A stretch of 54,801 nt of DNA, taken from NCBI GenBank assembly GCA_001002405.1, contig LCOA01000002.1:1-54801 (forward strand), written 5' to 3'. The position numbers were made by a program, and so were the translations under genes. The first letter of the stretch is position 1. Each line of letters starts with the position of its first letter. Below are positions 1 to 10,001 of this stretch, one piece after another. This DNA comes from Candidatus Amesbacteria bacterium GW2011_GWA1_47_20. Lineage in GTDB: Bacteria > Patescibacteriota > Microgenomatia > CAZETR01 > Amesbacteraceae. The notes below the pieces were generated by a model. That model was not told where the DNA came from and did no database searches. It was given only the letters and a program-made list of their open reading frames with translations.

Positions 1-623
1 GGCAAGAAATGCTTGAAACGCCGGCCTTGCTGCCACCATTCAAAAAACAGGGCCGGGAGAAGAAAGATGCCGATGAAGCGGGTGTAACTGGCCAAGGCGC
101 CGAATATACCCGCCAGCAGCCAATGCCGAGTACGAGCGCTGTAGAAGGCGGCAACGGTTAAGAAAAAGAAGAGGCCTTCGGTGTAGATGGAAGTAAAGAA
201 AAAACTAACCGGGAACAGCAGCAGAGCCAGGATGGTCCATTTGACTACGTCCGATGAGTAATCCAGCCGGATGAGCTTAACAAATAAGTACAGACCGGCC
301 AAAAAGAATGCCGTTGAAACTAAAATGCCGGCAGTGACGGCATTATTGAGAAATGGCAGGGTCATCAATTTACGCATGATGGTCGGATAAAGAGGGAAAA
401 AGGCTTGCTGAGAGTAACCATAGCTACGGCGGGCGATGTAGGTGTAATGCATGCCGTCAAAGTTTTGGCGGGAATACAACCAGGGTTTCTCGACATAGCC
501 TTGGGTACCGCTGCCTAAGTATGTCTCGCGCAGAGGCAATGAGGAATATTGAGCGGCAATGGTAACAACGAGGATTGCGGCTTGCCAGAGGACAAAAATC
601 TTAAACAGGCGGGAAAAACTCAC
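1..623 (-). CDS. PIG-V-like GT-C mannosyltransferase (partial, runs off window start)
   Basis: Manual translation from GTG at 623 (GTGA overlap with the upstream stop): ...YSRQNFDGMHYTYIARRSYGYSQQAFFPLYP...FPVSFFFTSIYTEGLF...ASYTRFIG, which are PIG-V/Mannosyl_trans2-type motifs. Not in the ORF track. Confidence 0.8.
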   Translation of the reverse strand, partial: MSFSRLFKIFVLWQAAILVVTIAAQYSSLPLRETYLGSGTQGYVEKPWLYSRQNFDGMHYTYIARRSYGYSQQAFFPLYPTIMRKLMTLPFLNNAVTAGILVSTAFFLAGLYLFVKLIRLDYSSDVVKWTILALLLFPVSFFFTSIYTEGLFFFLTVAAFYSARTRHWLLAGIFGALASYTRFIGIFLLPALFFEWWQQGRRFKHFL

Positions 624-1936
624 ACTATTAACTCCTTCCATCGTTCTAATAAGTAAAACGGAATAGAGCGCACTTCATATTGTAGCCCATCATGCCGGTA
701 CCGCTCTACTTGTAGCTGATCCCAAGACACCCGGATAGGCACTACCTGCGGATCGATTTTTAAAAGGCTAAAAAGAGACTTCATTTCACGAATCCCGCCA
801 GCCTTAACTTCTATGGCAATCAGTTTGTTGCGCAGTTGGACACAATAGTCTACTTCCGCACTTCCCTCGTCTTTATTTCTAGCCCAATAATAAACGTCTT
901 GCGGCCGGCTTGAGGAGCCGGCTACTAATGTCTGACCAACTACCTGTTCCATAATTTTTCCTTTATAGCCCCCGGTTAGCAATTCTTGATAGTTGTTATT
1001 AATTTGGTTAACTAATCCTACGTCTAGCCAGACCAGTTTTTTTGAACGTTTGTATTTACGGGCAAGCGGTAAAACGGTAGAGTTGATAGCTATTATTTGC
1101 CGCAAAAGCATTACTTGCTCCGCTTTCCGCACCGCCTCACCGATCTCGCGGCTGCGATACCCCGACTCCCCAAAATTGTGATAATTGAATAGTCCCCCCG
1201 CCAGGCGCGGCCCAATTTCTATAACCAATTCGAGATATTTGCGTTCTGCCCCCACCGCATACCTTCCAATATCTTCTGCGTAAGCTGTTTGCAGACGGGT
1301 AAGCACTTGTTGGGCTGCCAAGTAATCTTTGTTTGGCACCCAGCGCGCGACCACTTCCGGCATTCCTCCCACGGTTAAGTATTCTTTAAACCACTCTTGC
1401 GCTAAAACCGCGCCGGTCAAAGTTTCACCCCAACGGACTGTTTGCAATTCTTGGACAAGGTCAAGCTGGCCAACGGCCCGCAAAAACTCGAAAAAAGTCA
1501 ATGGATACAGGTAGCGGTAGTCTACCCGACCTACGGGGATCGTCCAATTATCGCCTAACTTGGCTTCGAGCAGCGAACCTGCGGTTATCAAATGAAGACC
1601 GGGTTTTTCCTCCGCAAAAAATCTTAAAAGTTCCAATACATTTTTGGATTCCTGAATTTCATCAATAAACAGCAACGTTTGGCTTTCGATGATATTCTGG
1701 CCCATAACCAGTTTGACCCGCTTGAGAAAATCGGCCACGCTGCTTGCGGCGTTGAAGACGTTGTACTGATCCTTTTTTTCTAAGTTAATCTCAACGCATT
1801 GGGGAAAGTTATCACTAGCCCACTGGCGGATTAAACTGGTTTTCCCCACCTGACGCGCTCCGCGTAAAATCAAGGGCTTGCGACCTGGCATTTGCTTCCA
1901 TTTAGATAACTCTTCTTCTAGCTTGCGTTTGAACAT
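620..1936 (-). CDS. AAA+ ATPase (AAA_14) with DUF4143 C-terminal domain
   Basis: Walker A GARQVGKT, Walker B LLFIDEIQ, GGMPEV, and C-terminal EVDY...IEVK (PD-(D/E)xK-like). Confidence 0.9.
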   Translation of the reverse strand: MFKRKLEEELSKWKQMPGRKPLILRGARQVGKTSLIRQWASDNFPQCVEINLEKKDQYNVFNAASSVADFLKRVKLVMGQNIIESQTLLFIDEIQESKNVLELLRFFAEEKPGLHLITAGSLLEAKLGDNWTIPVGRVDYRYLYPLTFFEFLRAVGQLDLVQELQTVRWGETLTGAVLAQEWFKEYLTVGGMPEVVARWVPNKDYLAAQQVLTRLQTAYAEDIGRYAVGAERKYLELVIEIGPRLAGGLFNYHNFGESGYRSREIGEAVRKAEQVMLLRQIIAINSTVLPLARKYKRSKKLVWLDVGLVNQINNNYQELLTGGYKGKIMEQVVGQTLVAGSSSRPQDVYYWARNKDEGSAEVDYCVQLRNKLIAIEVKAGGIREMKSLFSLLKIDPQVVPIRVSWDQLQVERYRHDGLQYEVRSIPFYLLERWKELIV

Positions 1937-1981
1937 AGTACCAGTTTATTACATTTTAACAGCTTTTCAAGTACCAGTTTA
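1937..1981 (-). promoter_or_regulatory. Leaderless-type promoter with a 12-bp direct repeat (candidate operator)
   Basis: Minus strand reads TTGAAA-16nt-TAAACT-6nt-ATG. TAAACTGGTACT is repeated exactly at 1937-1948 and 1970-1981. Confidence 0.6.
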
Positions 1982-2968
1982 GTACTTATTCAGCGCTTCC
2001 TGGTAAACTTGCAAAGTTTCGGCAGCTGCTTTGGCCCAAGAAAACTTGGTAGCTTGGGTCGGGCCATGGTTGGATTTGGCGTTCTTGATAGCTCTGGCCA
2101 TGTCTTTAATGTCGGTGGGGTCAAAGTAAGTAGCGGCATCGCCGGCGACTTCAGGAAGCGAGGAGGTGCGGCTACAAGCCACGGGGGTGGCACAGGCCAG
2201 AGCTTCCACCACCGGCAGGCCGAAACCATCGGCTAGGGACGGCTGGCAATAGACAGTGGCCAAATTGTAAATATCCACCAGTTCTGCATCCGCTACAAAT
2301 CCCAACCGCCGCACATTTTGCAACGACATACCCTGCAAATGCTTCAGCTCCGGGTGGGAGAGGTCCATTTTTTCGAGTTCCTTGGCCTGACGGCCAACCA
2401 TAACCAACGGCAGTTTGGCTAGCCGAGCGGCAGTGATTAAATTGGGAATGTTTTTGTTGTAGTTGATGTCACCAGGCAGGTGGTATTTGTTTTTGGGTTT
2501 GGAAACATGTTTGAATATGGGATCAGCGGCTTCATATATCAGTTTGAGCTTGGCGTGGGGGATACCCAGATACTTGTAGATAGTTTTAACGCAATGATAG
2601 GAAACGGTGATCACCCGATCGACGTTGGCCAAAGCTAGTTTCTGCAACTGCAGATTGAACCAGCCGCGGATCCCCGGAGGAAAATGATCAGGAAATTCTA
2701 ACGGCATCACATCGTGGATTGTGACTATTGTTTTGGCATTCTTGATAATAGGCAGGGTGTGTTTAAAAAGATCGAAGTAAGGATAATGGATAATTTCTAA
2801 TTGACCTAATTGATCTAATCGACCTAAAGAATCAACTTCCAATATTTCGACGCCAAAGTTCTTTGCTTGTTTTTTAAGCTCTGGCAAGAGACGGCGAGTG
2901 TAGAAACCTACTCCGCGGACAGCGTTGGCGTCATGAAGGGGAGTCGTAACAAAACCAATTTTTATCAT
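1979..2968 (-). CDS. GT4 glycosyltransferase (MtfB-like)
   Basis: RGVGFYT, TIHD, KN, and PSLADGFGLPVVEALACATPV. Start placed at the ATGA overlap. A short conserved strand before GDINYNKN appears missing. Confidence 0.9.
   Translation of the reverse strand: MIKIGFVTTPLHDANAVRGVGFYTRRLLPELKKQAKNFGVEILEVDSLGRLDQLGQLEIIHYPYFDLFKHTLPIIKNAKTIVTIHDVMPLEFPDHFPPGIRGWFNLQLQKLALANVDRVITVSYHCVKTIYKYLGIPHAKLKLIYEAADPIFKHVSKPKNKYHLPGDINYNKNIPNLITAARLAKLPLVMVGRQAKELEKMDLSHPELKHLQGMSLQNVRRLGFVADAELVDIYNLATVYCQPSLADGFGLPVVEALACATPVACSRTSSLPEVAGDAATYFDPTDIKDMARAIKNAKSNHGPTQATKFSWAKAAAETLQVYQEALNKY
2792..2828. repeat. (CTAATTGAC)n 9-mer array, copy 1
   Basis: 35/37 identical to 34543-34579. Confidence 0.85.
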
Positions 2969-3735
2969 AATGATCTTTGCCAATATTTAATGTAAGCCAT
3001 GGCGAGAGTGAGGCCGGAAAAGAGGGCGAAGACAAAGCCGGGGTAGCCATCTACCAGCCCCAAGTGACGGAAGTAGATTTTCAAAAAAGTGAGCAGAGGG
3101 AGCAAAATAAGATAATTAAGAGCATTGAGCAAACTAAGCTTTTCGTGGCGGGCTTGCATTTGGGAGGCAGCGAAAGACGAGTAGCGGTTAACGCCGTCTA
3201 AATACTTGGCGAAACTGGTGTCGCGGTAGTGCAGTAAATCGTGCTTAAGATGGCCGACCGGCCCGGTCACCTGCGCCTGCTCGTGCACGTCGGCTGCGGG
3301 AAGACGGCCCATTCCTTTGCGGTACAGGCGGAGGGTAGGATCGGGGTATTGGCCGCCTTTGGTTAAAAAACGAGTAAGAAACCAGTTTTTTCGATTCACC
3401 CAGTAGCCATTGAGTGCTGGGCGCTGAACGCTGAGCGTTGAGCGAATTTCGCTCGAGAGTTCGGGAGACACGACTTCGTCGGCGTCCAACTGAAGTATCC
3501 AGTCCCCGTGGGCCGCGTCGATAGCTATATTTTTGTTGATATGAAAGTTAGCCGGGTTTTCGCGAATAATAACCTTGGCATTATGTTTTTTGGCAATTTG
3601 CACCGTCTGATCCGAAGACTTGCCATCCACAACTACAATTTCGTCAGCGATATCTTTTACCGCCTCTAGACACCGGCCAATATTGTCCTCCTCATTATGG
3701 GTGGCCAGGACGACAGAAAGTTTAGGGGTTTTCAT
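2965..3735 (-). CDS. GT2 glycosyltransferase (beta-1,4-glucosyltransferase-like)
   Basis: VVDGKSSD, LQLDADE, YPDPTLRLY, VHE and G..DG..G motifs. Confidence 0.9.
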   Translation of the reverse strand: MKTPKLSVVLATHNEEDNIGRCLEAVKDIADEIVVVDGKSSDQTVQIAKKHNAKVIIRENPANFHINKNIAIDAAHGDWILQLDADEVVSPELSSEIRSTLSVQRPALNGYWVNRKNWFLTRFLTKGGQYPDPTLRLYRKGMGRLPAADVHEQAQVTGPVGHLKHDLLHYRDTSFAKYLDGVNRYSSFAASQMQARHEKLSLLNALNYLILLPLLTFLKIYFRHLGLVDGYPGFVFALFSGLTLAMAYIKYWQRSL

Positions 3736-5408
3736 ATGTTTTTAAATTTATTAATCCATCTATTACAAAATTGGTCTGTAGACATAATTTCCGGCTTATA
3801 ATCGCTGTGATAATGGAACCGCCGCCAGTATGATAAGTCTGACGATGAGCAAGTTTCATCATTATATATTTTCCAAAGTGTACCGGTATCCTTTTGATCC
3901 TGAATTACAAGCTTATTCCCGCTAGGGGGTTCACAATTAATTCCAAACTGCACTACCAATGTGCCGGTTGGTAGTTGCTGTGGACAAATTTGGGAAATAT
4001 GTATTCGGTCGTAATTGTACGGACCAGATAAACTTATCAGCCTAGGTTTGTCGCCTAAAGTGGACTGTGAGAAATACATAACTTGCTGTAATACTTGTAA
4101 GGGCTGCGCGGCAATTACCGTTACTTCTCCGGAGGTTTTGATCAAATAATTAGCCAGTATTCTTTCTCCCAGAAAACCGGTCTCGGCGGCAGTGACAGGA
4201 TATTGATAGAAGAAAAAGTGGAGGAAATTTAAACTTAGAATGAGATAGCCCACAATAACGACGGGCAATAATTTTTTGTGGCTGGTAAATTTAGTTATCC
4301 CGGCAGCGATTAACAAGAGTAATCCCGGTAAAAAGGGTGCTCCTCTGTACATATTTGCGGGCAGGGAGTTGTTGACTAGAGTTCCCACGGGTCCTAGCGT
4401 TATCAAAAGCGCGGCCAAACTAATCCCGGGCATACCCATACCTAATCCTAGAGCCGAAAAAAACAAATCTGGTAAATAAGCTGCGCCATGGAAGGTCAAC
4501 CTCTGATTTGAGGACGGATCGCCTGAAAACAATAAATAATCCGGAGACCAATAATTCCAATATTTTTGGAGAAGTAGACGTGTGAATTCTGCTGGCTTGT
4601 TGAGAAAAATAAAACTAAATGGGTTGGAGATAGATGTCCGGCGGGCCGTGTCAATCGTTGCCCCAATTTGAGACCAGGTGGAAAGCCTGATTTCTTGGCG
4701 ACGACGGGAAAAGGTGCTTCCGGGGATAGTAAAGGCGAAATATATATACCCTGCCACAAATAGTCCGAACACGAGCCAAAAAATTATGGCTACAGAAATT
4801 TTGAATTTCTTTCTGGTAAATCCAAGCCAGATGGGCAAAATAAGTCCCATGATAATAGTAAATGGTTTAGTACCGTAGTAAGCCAGAAAGGCCAAATCTA
4901 AAAAAATAGCCCCCAAAAATGCAGCCAGGGCAGTGTTTTTCCAGAAGATGTTAAGCGATAACGAAATCAACAACAAGGCTAGTGGTGCTTGAGTTAGAGA
5001 GCGAGAAAATATAATCGACCACGGTGAATACAAAAACAACGCGAGAAATACCAATGCCAATTTTTTGTTTGCGGTTAGACGGTAAACAAGGATGGTCCAT
5101 AATAAAATTGTTAGTAAGTTGATTATGACCATGGGCAGGCGGGCTATGTATACATTCACCGGCAATAATCTTTGAAAGGGTGATAAGAGCAAGGAGAGGA
5201 GCGTGTCATCACCAGTTTCTACTTGGTTTTTTATAAGTGAGATAGGAAATTTTTCTCCCAGGGTATCAGTACCAAAATAGGCGTAGGACCTGGCGATCAT
5301 GACGGCATCCATTTCGTCATGATTAAGTCCTGGAGGTACTTGGTCCAACCATATAAACCGGATTATTACGCCTGGCAGCAGAACTAAAAAGAGAAGAAAA
5401 TATTTCAT
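3732..5408 (-). CDS. GT-C (PMT/ArnT-like) membrane glycosyltransferase
   Basis: PPGLNHDE after TM1, ARLP, SPWSIIFSR; multiple TM segments and an extracytoplasmic C-terminal domain. Confidence 0.8.
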   Translation of the reverse strand: MKYFLLFLVLLPGVIIRFIWLDQVPPGLNHDEMDAVMIARSYAYFGTDTLGEKFPISLIKNQVETGDDTLLSLLLSPFQRLLPVNVYIARLPMVIINLLTILLWTILVYRLTANKKLALVFLALFLYSPWSIIFSRSLTQAPLALLLISLSLNIFWKNTALAAFLGAIFLDLAFLAYYGTKPFTIIMGLILPIWLGFTRKKFKISVAIIFWLVFGLFVAGYIYFAFTIPGSTFSRRRQEIRLSTWSQIGATIDTARRTSISNPFSFIFLNKPAEFTRLLLQKYWNYWSPDYLLFSGDPSSNQRLTFHGAAYLPDLFFSALGLGMGMPGISLAALLITLGPVGTLVNNSLPANMYRGAPFLPGLLLLIAAGITKFTSHKKLLPVVIVGYLILSLNFLHFFFYQYPVTAAETGFLGERILANYLIKTSGEVTVIAAQPLQVLQQVMYFSQSTLGDKPRLISLSGPYNYDRIHISQICPQQLPTGTLVVQFGINCEPPSGNKLVIQDQKDTGTLWKIYNDETCSSSDLSYWRRFHYHSDYKPEIMSTDQFCNRWINKFKNI

Positions 5409-6977
5409 CTAGTTGCTGATTATTTTGAAAGCCGGGCTACTATTTGGAAAATTAATGGTTTTAACTATATTAACACCTACGTCGGGAATGTCTTCGGGAG
5501 CGGCTACGATGAGCGAGGAGTGAATGTCGCTGACTTTGGACCAGGGCGTATCAGCAAAATGGAATTTGGAGTAATCGCGAACAGTGGAGAAATTGTATTT
5601 GTCCCGGAAAGTGAGAGAGTGATGACCTTGGAACTGTTGGGGCGGGTATTTGGAATAAAAGAGGAAAAGAATGTAAGGCTGATCGTACTTGTCGGTAACT
5701 AAGATCTTTTCATACCTGTCCTGAACCGACCCCACGTAAGCTACCAACTCTTTGAAGCCGTACTCCCAGGCGTAAGGATAAGTTTGAGGATAGTGAACGT
5801 AATACTGGTGCAGATATCTAGTTACTTGCCATAAATACACAAATCCCAAGACACAAATTCCAAATAATTTCCAATGTTTTAAAGTTTCAAAAACACCAAC
5901 CGAAATAAGGATAGTTAAGGGAATAACCATGGCGTGAGCGCGCAGGGCGTGGGGGGTTTGAAAAGTGATGGCGGAAGCGAGAGGGGCTACTAATAACCAC
6001 AACCATACCAATTTGGTCTTTGGTCTTTGGTCTTTGGTCCTTAGTAGATAGGCCGCGCCGAGGGCTAGAAAGATAAAATCGGTGAAGTAGAGAAGGCCGG
6101 TTTCGGGAACGCGGTTGCGGGGAATGACGTCGCCGTTGACAAACAGGAAATTGCCGAAGAAATGGTCGGTGTAATTTTCTAGAAATTGAATGGTGTACAG
6201 AACAGGACGGTTGTGCAAAACACGGGATAAGGGCGTGCTCCACCCCGGATGCTGGCCGCGCAGCTCCTTGGCCCGATTGAGAGGACCCTCATCGGCGAGC
6301 AGGCCTACTCCGGAGAGACGGGAAGCGGCATTAGTAGTAACTAGGTTATAGATTAGAGGGATTAGGAGTAAGAAACCAATGACCGAAGCTGTAAAAATGC
6401 GTTTGGGGCGGTAGAAAAGAAATAGACCTAAACCCAGGAGAGGAACAGTGAGGCGAGCAGATTGATAAAAATACATAGACAGCGCAAAGCTCAAAACGCA
6501 AAGCTCAAAACGTTTCTTAAGGAAGAGCCAGACGCCGATAAGCATGAGAGTGGTGGCGACGTTGACCTCCCAGCCGCCGCGGGAGAAATGCAAGTGCCAG
6601 GGGCTGATGGCCAACAGCAGCGCCGCCAGTTGACCAGTTTGCCAGTTGATCAGTTCTTTGGTCAAAAGATATACAAAGAGGACGGCCAGGATGCCGAAGA
6701 GGGCGGAGGGGAGGCGGACGGCGAATTCGGTGAGACCGAATATTTTGATGAAGGGCATGAGCAAGTAGGCGTAACCCGCGGGTTTGAAATCGCCGAAAGA
6801 TTCCAGATTCACCGGCCAAGGATGACCGTGCTCATCCCGACCGGTCAGAAGTAACGAGTAAGCGTTGTAGCCCAGAGCGGCTTCGTCCGCGTTCAAGCCT
6901 GCCGGAAAATCGGCCAGCCGGTAAAGGCGCAAAAAGGCGGCTAAAATTAAGACGAAAATAAGAATTATTTTTTTCAT
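5409..6977 (-). CDS. GT-C (PMT/ArnT-like) membrane glycosyltransferase
   Basis: LNADEAALGYNAYSLLLTGRDE, FGDFKP, EFAVRLPS, SPWHLHFSR, QPYILFLFY. Confidence 0.85.
   Translation of the reverse strand: MKKIILIFVLILAAFLRLYRLADFPAGLNADEAALGYNAYSLLLTGRDEHGHPWPVNLESFGDFKPAGYAYLLMPFIKIFGLTEFAVRLPSALFGILAVLFVYLLTKELINWQTGQLAALLLAISPWHLHFSRGGWEVNVATTLMLIGVWLFLKKRFELCVLSFALSMYFYQSARLTVPLLGLGLFLFYRPKRIFTASVIGFLLLIPLIYNLVTTNAASRLSGVGLLADEGPLNRAKELRGQHPGWSTPLSRVLHNRPVLYTIQFLENYTDHFFGNFLFVNGDVIPRNRVPETGLLYFTDFIFLALGAAYLLRTKDQRPKTKLVWLWLLVAPLASAITFQTPHALRAHAMVIPLTILISVGVFETLKHWKLFGICVLGFVYLWQVTRYLHQYYVHYPQTYPYAWEYGFKELVAYVGSVQDRYEKILVTDKYDQPYILFLFYSKYPPQQFQGHHSLTFRDKYNFSTVRDYSKFHFADTPWSKVSDIHSSLIVAAPEDIPDVGVNIVKTINFPNSSPAFKIISN
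6012..6039. repeat. (TTTGGTC)4 intragenic heptamer array
   Basis: Four perfect 7-nt units, encoding part of TKDQRPKTK. Confidence 0.9.
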
Positions 6978-8533
6978 GGCAGTCCCACCACCCGCAGGCC
7001 CGGTGCGCCATTGGGATATTTAATATCCCCGAGCATAATCAGATTGGGAATGGTGGCTAAATCAGACTCCGGCAGTTCATAGCGGTCACCGATCAAAATA
7101 GTGGAATTGAGGAGTCGGTCGTCGGGCAGAAAGAGTGGACGGAAAATAAATTTGCCGAAGCGATCTACGTGGCCCACGTCGCCGACGGGGCTAACAGCTA
7201 ACTGGCTAAATGGTTGATAATCCCGGGGGTCGATCTGCAAGTAAAAGAGAGTAAAAATATACGGCTGGCCAAGTTTGTCGGAAAAGATGACTTGCCGGTA
7301 TTGGTCTAGATGCTGTTTGACGATAGCCAGAACCGGTTTGTAAGGATATACCATGTCCACGGCGGTGAAATTGGAGGAATGAATATAGAATAAATCAAGA
7401 TAATAGACTAAGAAAAACAAGAGTATGAGAGTATAAGAGTATAAGAGGAGACGCCGACGAGACAATTGGGCTAGACCCATACCAGAAACAATGACTAGCG
7501 GCACGAGAAGCGGCAAGGAGCGGACGCCGGAAACGAGGTCGCGCGAAAGGGCGGAGGGCAAAGGAGCCAGGAGCAGCCAAGCAATGAGAAGTTTAGTTAG
7601 TGGGTTATTAGTTCGGAGTAAGACGACGAGTCCGATAAGAATTGTAAGGATTTCCGGGAGGTGGAAGTAGCCATAGTATGCAATTGAGTGGCGCAAATTC
7701 TGCCAGTCTCCGGCGAAGAATAAGAAATATGGGGAGAGGTGGTTTAGATATCTTTGAAGTACGCCCCTGCCCTGGTCTATTAGTTCTAAGTGAAAAAGAG
7801 AAAAGAGAAAAGGGTTACCATTGTCCTGACGTAGGATTTCAGCGACCGTGTCCGGACGGCGGGTGTAACTGAAGACGCTGAAGACTTTGAGCCGACCTGA
7901 TTGGGAAGCGAAACCCACCAGAATTGGAAGTATGAGTAAGAGTAAGAGGAAGAGGGGTTTGACCAGTAATTTTATGGCTGGGCGATAAATTAGCAAGAGA
8001 GTTAACATGAGAAGCGGAGTGAACATCTTGGCCCCCTGATAAGTCAGGAGCGTCAGGCCAAAGAAAAGGGCGGATGTCAGATAGCGGCGGCGGATGAACA
8101 ACAGTGTTGCCAAGGTCGTAAGGGTGAGTGCCACATTGGCCTCCCAGGCACCGCGGGAAAAATACAGCGACCAGGGGTTGATGGCCAGCAACCCGGCGGC
8201 AAAGACATTTCTGGTGAGCAAGTAAACTACGATAATAAGAAGTACCCCAAAAATGGCCGAGGGAAGACGAGTGGCGAATTCAGTTAAACCCAAAACGGAT
8301 ATTGAGGGGACAGCCAGGTAAGAATATAGAGCCGGCTTGTAATCGCCGAAGGATTTGAGAATCAAGGGCATGACTTGGGCGTATTCATCCCGGCCGGTCA
8401 AAAACAGCGAATAGGCGTTGTAGCCTAGAGCGGCCTCGTCCCAGGTAAAACCCAATGGCCGGGAGTCTAAGTGAAAAAGTCTTAGTCCAAGGCCAAGTAA
8501 AAGTATGAACGCAAGAATAATTCTATTTTTCAT
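6974..8533 (-). CDS. GT-C (PMT/ArnT-like) membrane glycosyltransferase
   Basis: FTWDEAALGYNAYS, FGDYKP, RLPS, FSRGAWE. Start set at MKNRI. Confidence 0.85.
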   Translation of the reverse strand: MKNRIILAFILLLGLGLRLFHLDSRPLGFTWDEAALGYNAYSLFLTGRDEYAQVMPLILKSFGDYKPALYSYLAVPSISVLGLTEFATRLPSAIFGVLLIIVVYLLTRNVFAAGLLAINPWSLYFSRGAWEANVALTLTTLATLLFIRRRYLTSALFFGLTLLTYQGAKMFTPLLMLTLLLIYRPAIKLLVKPLFLLLLLILPILVGFASQSGRLKVFSVFSYTRRPDTVAEILRQDNGNPFLFSLFHLELIDQGRGVLQRYLNHLSPYFLFFAGDWQNLRHSIAYYGYFHLPEILTILIGLVVLLRTNNPLTKLLIAWLLLAPLPSALSRDLVSGVRSLPLLVPLVIVSGMGLAQLSRRRLLLYSYTLILLFFLVYYLDLFYIHSSNFTAVDMVYPYKPVLAIVKQHLDQYRQVIFSDKLGQPYIFTLFYLQIDPRDYQPFSQLAVSPVGDVGHVDRFGKFIFRPLFLPDDRLLNSTILIGDRYELPESDLATIPNLIMLGDIKYPNGAPGLRVVGLP

Positions 8534-10001
8534 AAACAATAAAGGCCGGTTGACCATCGAGGAAATTAAATGTGGTTATCTCCCGGCCAGAAATTTTACT
8601 CTCGGGGCTGGTGACAACGAGCGTGTTTGGTTTAAACGTCAGTTGGCCAATTTCCCAATCGTTGACAAAAGTAAATTTATCCAGAGCGTTGACCCAGTAC
8701 CAGTTGGCGTGGTAATCCCATTGCTTGCGGAGTTGAAAATCGGCCGGGTTCCAGGGCCAGAAATAGGCCACAAATTCATGCGGTTCGCCATATTTTTTGG
8801 TAAAGATAATCTGATCGTAATCGGAATAGCGCTGTTTGATAAATTGAACTACTTTAGAGTAACCATATTGCCAAGACTGCGAATAGTTATTACGATAACT
8901 ATTCGCGGATACTAGATAGTAGATAGTAGATATTAGGAGACCCACGAAGAAAAGAGCCTTAACATTACGGCCGAAGCGGTCCAGACCATGAGCGATTAAG
9001 AGCATAGACAGAGGCAGCATAGGAATGGCCCGAAGGACATGAGGCGCATCTCGCGTCAAACTACCGGCAATCGGCGCAAGTAACAGCCATGCCCAGGAAA
9101 TTTTATTCAGCTTTAATAACCCTAGGTAAAAAAAGGGCAAACTGACCAAATAAAGCAGGCCGAAGTTTTGGATGCTGAACTGATAATGATCGCCGCCTTT
9201 GAGGAAGAGAAAGTTGGGAGAGAAGTAACTTAAGTAATTTTGACCGAAACGGTAGAGAAAATAAGTGGCCTTGTTGTACAGCAGCCGGCCCCCAGGACGG
9301 GATTGCAGTTGATCGATTTGGGCAATGGCACCGGAATCCAGGATGGTCAACCAGCTTAGTCTAGCTTGACCGGAAGGAGAGAGAAGTTGGATAACCATGG
9401 GGATAAATAAGAAAGCTGTTAGCAGATAGCTAATAGTCGTTAGCTTGGGACGATGGAGAAAAAGATAGGCGAGTAAAAACAACGGGCTGAAGACGCGGGC
9501 GGAATTGTAAGCCCAGACGGAAAGCCCCAGAAATAAGATGCCCAAATTTGTCTTGCGGACCAGCAAACAGCAAATGCCTATGGCAATAAATAATGCACCC
9601 ACATTGGCTTCCAGAGCAATACGGGATATCCACCAGGTCCAAGGGGAAATGGCGACCAAGACGGCTGAAGTGAGGCCAACGAAGGGAGAAGCCAGCCGCC
9701 AGCCCAAAAGATAGGTTATGATGATGAGTAACGTGCCGAAGACGATTGACGGCAGACGAACGAAAAAGGGAGAAATAGTGGCCAGGTAAACGTAGATGGG
9801 TAATTTGTAGTCTCCAAAGCTTCTGAAAATTGTGGGCAAGATCGTCCCCCACTCGTCCCGACCGGTCTGAAGAAGCGAATACGCGTTGTAACCCAAAGAA
9901 ACTTCGTCCCAATTGAGGCTGGGAGGAAGGAAGTTGCTGGCTACCAGCCGCAGAATCAGGCCGGCCGCCGCAATAAGTAAAAGCCACTTAACGTGAGACA
10001 T
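8523..10001 (-). CDS. GT-C (PMT/ArnT-like) membrane glycosyltransferase
   Basis: LNWDEVSLGYNAYSLLQTGRDE, FGDYKLP, SRIALE. Confidence 0.85.
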   Translation of the reverse strand: MSHVKWLLLIAAAGLILRLVASNFLPPSLNWDEVSLGYNAYSLLQTGRDEWGTILPTIFRSFGDYKLPIYVYLATISPFFVRLPSIVFGTLLIIITYLLGWRLASPFVGLTSAVLVAISPWTWWISRIALEANVGALFIAIGICCLLVRKTNLGILFLGLSVWAYNSARVFSPLFLLAYLFLHRPKLTTISYLLTAFLFIPMVIQLLSPSGQARLSWLTILDSGAIAQIDQLQSRPGGRLLYNKATYFLYRFGQNYLSYFSPNFLFLKGGDHYQFSIQNFGLLYLVSLPFFYLGLLKLNKISWAWLLLAPIAGSLTRDAPHVLRAIPMLPLSMLLIAHGLDRFGRNVKALFFVGLLISTIYYLVSANSYRNNYSQSWQYGYSKVVQFIKQRYSDYDQIIFTKKYGEPHEFVAYFWPWNPADFQLRKQWDYHANWYWVNALDKFTFVNDWEIGQLTFKPNTLVVTSPESKISGREITTFNFLDGQPAFIVYEK

